Source of the DNA: Owenia fusiformis
Taxonomy: Eukaryota
Length of the DNA: 64,000 nt
Assembly: GCA_903813345.2 (NCBI GenBank)
Contig: CAIIXF020000001.1
Coordinates: forward strand, 930,001-994,000
Direction: 5' to 3'
Below, piece by piece: positions 60,566 through 64,000 of the stretch. The translations under genes and the position numbers were made by a program. Numbering within the stretch: the stretch's first letter is position 1; every line of letters starts with the position of its first letter. The notes beneath the pieces were generated by a model that was given only the letters and a program-made list of their open reading frames with translations, had not been told where the DNA came from and did no database searches.

Positions 60566-61736
60566 TAGGGTTACTGCGGCAACAACCTATGCTTAATACA
60601 CACCTTTTTGGGTTGCGAAATAAACCAAAACAACCCAATAAAGTGTGTATTGAAGATTTAATTTCTGTTATCTCAAAATCTGCTTGGAACTGTACCATTT
60701 GATTTCTATGGGACATTCCCCAAAGAGAAAATTCTAGGGATTAAGAAATGGGTAGCATTTACACAGTTTGAGAAATTATTGGCATATGAAACCTATATAA
60801 AACAGCAATTATATTATTCAAAAACGAATAGGATCAATGATTCCCAGTCCTCTGAAGTTTGAAAAATTAAAATACCTGGGTGTTAATCCATAGATAATCC
60901 TTGAAAATGAGAAATAATTTTTTGGGATTATATGGTGCAATCTTATAGTCAATAAAATGTTTTAAAGTGAATTGATGTTTTTGGATGAAAAACATAAGGG
61001 AAATGCTTGAGAAAACTCCCCCAATTCATTTCATCACAAACAGCTCCCCCTCCCCCTGTCTGTAAAAGAAAAAAACAAAACAAAAATCACTATGAATGTT
61101 GAGATTCAAATGATGTTAATAATATTTACAAGATTTGGGTCCTATGAACCCCAAAACAGCATTCGGACGCTTGTGTCTTGCGCCTTGGTATTTCTAAACA
61201 TGCCATTCATACACGTTTACCATTACATCGCATACATTTGGAATTCTACTCAACTATAGAATCCATAACTCTCGTTTAATTCCCCTCGGTCCTGTTTTAT
61301 GGTTGTCTCTACAGAATTATCAATGTAGTATTTTGACTTTGGCCAACTTATGAAAAATAACACAATAAATTGCAGCTATATCCTGGCCTTCAATCAGAAG
61401 ATGGTGTCAACATTTCTGAATGAACAGCTTGTTGTATTTCAGGAGGGAATTATGTAGTTTAAAAAGAATCGGAGAACAAATTAAGACCTGTGGGAAACGT
61501 GACTCGTTTCAATGTGCGTATCTTGATCAGAGACACATTTGCTGGTTTGCACTTGATCAATTTCAAATCTAGTTACTACATATCAGTCCACTTATAAAAG
61601 TATTAATTATTTCAAGTGAAAGTATATGTGCGTTATTTGATTTGTTTTCGCAATATTGGAGAAATGTGATCGATGACGTTGGTATTAGATTGATATAGGT
61701 TCATTTGTGCGCGTAGCAAGGCTCTCGTGTTATCAA

Positions 61737-61802
61737 CCAATCATAGGCCATATCTTTATCATGTAACGCACTTCAGATACGATCCTTCCGCTGGATAAAT
61801 AG
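61737..61802 (+). promoter_or_regulatory. Putative core promoter (CCAAT box and TATA-like GATAAATA)
   Basis: ccaatc at 61737 and gataaata at 61794, about 95 nt upstream of the ATG at 61890. Confidence 0.4.
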
Positions 61803-61889
61803 TACCGGGAATTGTTTCATCTTCCTTTTATTGAAAACTCCACGAGAGGCAAATCCAGTCAACGAATATCACAAGCACAGATCACCGAC

Positions 61890-61994
61890 ATGGACACTAC
61901 CAGAGTTCTGCTAATCATAGGAATCGTCATACAATGTTTGACGTTGGCCCTGTCGGCACCGGTTGGCGGAGATGCAGTCATGGACCTTCCACCG
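61890..61994 (+). CDS. First coding exon of a secreted protein (signal peptide); no downstream exon identified in the window
   Basis: MDTTRVLLIIGIVIQCLTLALS|APVGGDAVMDLPP, gacATGG context, donor CCG|GTTAGT, phase 0. Confidence 0.7.
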
Positions 61995-62933
61995 GTTAGT
62001 TAAACAATGAATATAAAAATTAAGTTATATAGTTCAACACTTGTGAGAGAGATTTAATTAAAAATGGTACTTTTCACTAGAATATTTTATCTTTCAATGA
62101 TAATGGTATTTTGGGCAAGCTTTAAAAATAATTTAAAAGCGTTTTTATTCATGTGATGTGTTTTGCGAAACAAAATGTTAACGTTAATTAAAAAAGTATA
62201 AAAAAGGATTTCCAGCCGAACCTCGGAAAATTGAATAAAGGTTTAAACCTGCTTTTTGAGTTGCCAATCAGTCAGTAATCAACACTCGTTCCAAAACGCT
62301 ATCACATCTACCTAAAAAACTTTGTTAAATTGATATGGAAAATACAAAAATACAAGGTTCGTGTTATCGATCAAATAAATAGTGTAACTTCTTCGTTTAT
62401 TTCGAATATTTGAAAGGTCAAAAGGATCAGACCACGTACCTAATTTTGTCTCTCGTATTTTACAACAGGCCTACTTTGATGTAGAAATTATTGAATTTAG
62501 ATGCAGCACACAGAATTTAAGATGCCTATCTAGTATCCCGACACCTAAACGATTTCTTGTATGCTTAGATGAGCTGTGGATTATCCCGATTTTATACTCT
62601 TCCGTCGAAATGACTTTCTTTATTCCAAGATAAAAATAAAGCAGGGAATTAGCGATTGCACGTTAATCTAACGCATTAGTTTTTTACAACTCCCTTGATT
62701 ATATTTATAGTAAAATTCTATTCTGGGTGTCTCAAAATGAGTTAAGTTTTATTCAAGCTCACTTTTAATACTTCAAGTATTGCACACATAGGTACTATGA
62801 TATAACAGTTGATGAATAATTCAATCGTTCTAATAAAATGATATATAACATGATAAATGGATAAAAATATTATCTATAATGTAGTTTACCGCTGAGCCAC
62901 AAGGTTGTGGTAAATTTTACAGTAGTACATGTA

Positions 62934-63487
62934 CGAGGGGTTATCATAAAGTTCTCATAATATGTCTGTAAAACAAGCAATGGAATCGATTTTCGTGAAT
63001 TTTTTCACATTTTTTCACTTACCTATCTAGCGTACAAATAAAATTAACATAGGTTTTAGAACAAAAATGTTAGTGGGTTTTAACCAACATTCAATCTGCA
63101 CCCACGGGGCAAATTTTCTAAGGTGCAGTTTTACCTAAATTTTGCCAGACTTCTGAATTGTTGATTCACATATTCAGAATAACCCATTCCTTCAAAGTAG
63201 TTTCTCTTTGCTTTTGTGACACCACGTGTGTTGATATTTAAACTTATTCTATGACACATGTTTCTGAGCATTTTAGGGTGATAAAGGAAGTTTTCATATT
63301 GAATTGTACTTTGCCTCTGGTCACATGATTACTGCTTGCTACAGCAACCATATTTTATTTAATTCTCATATTAACATAAATATTTTATGATGAATCAATT
63401 CACCATTGATGCTAACACATCCCGTGAAAATATATAAAAAATAGTAATAAAAGAGAGGTATTATGATAACTTTATGATCACCCCTCG
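62934..63487. mobile_element. Mariner-like MITE
   Basis: TIR cgaggggt-atcataaagtt-tcataat; TA on the left flank and TG on the right. Confidence 0.75.
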
Positions 63488-64000
63488 TGATAATAATATA
63501 ATATAATAATATTATATAATAATAATAAAGAGAGAATCAGATATAGCGAGCAGGCTAAACAAAAAATTGTTTCAGTTTTAGAATATTTTTGGCTCATGTC
63601 ATTCCTTGTCATGTCTATTTTCTAAAAATCACAAAAGTGCATACTTTATTCCAGGAAAATTTAAGATTTTTACAATAATGTACTATTTATCTATAAGAAT
63701 GGTTACCATTCTTATTATTTGGGAGAATTTAAACATTTTTGACCCATTTTTGCACTTTGAATCATTAATAACTTCACCAATTTATAACATATTGTGAATC
63801 TTTTCGGAGATATTGTATTTGATAGTGTAAGGAATAGATTGGTAGGTCAATTATACATGTTGCTTGTAATTTTGTCACCCCCTATAGATCAGATTCTGCC
63901 TTTAATGTTAATGATTCTTTATTCACACATAGTTACACGGGTGTTAAAACACGAATATACCATGAGCACATGCTTTGAGGATCCGCGTTGTTTGAACCTA

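Overview
AT-rich, intron- and repeat-rich animal genomic DNA. An invertebrate, probably a mollusc or other lophotrochozoan, is inferred from the repeat types. The left 35 kb holds the 5' half of a minus-strand PHACTR (phosphatase and actin regulator) gene: six phase-1 coding exons with the KPWKWRRKKKS basic motif and the first RPEL repeat. Two candidate alternative first exons lie in its introns, one MGCC lipidation-type and one polybasic. Intron 1 carries a young 6.87-kb Gypsy-type LTR element with apparently identical 1681-bp LTRs, a 4-bp TSD, a tRNA-Leu PBS and a PPT. Its single intact 1132-aa ORF encodes Gag and protease but no RT, RNase H or integrase. The right half holds three plus-strand genes with signal peptides: a 4-exon 140-aa single-PLAT-domain protein (not assembled by the ORF track), a 608-aa rapunzel/cephalotoxin-like protein with two tandem C-terminal repeats, and the first exon of a third secreted protein. 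The window also contains a decayed intron-containing Tc1 (DD34E) transposon, a LINE 3' fragment, many MITEs, Helentron-type (HINE/DINE-1-like) non-autonomous elements, tandem satellites and a 53-bp 28S rRNA fragment. All calls come from reading the sequence; no database searches were run.
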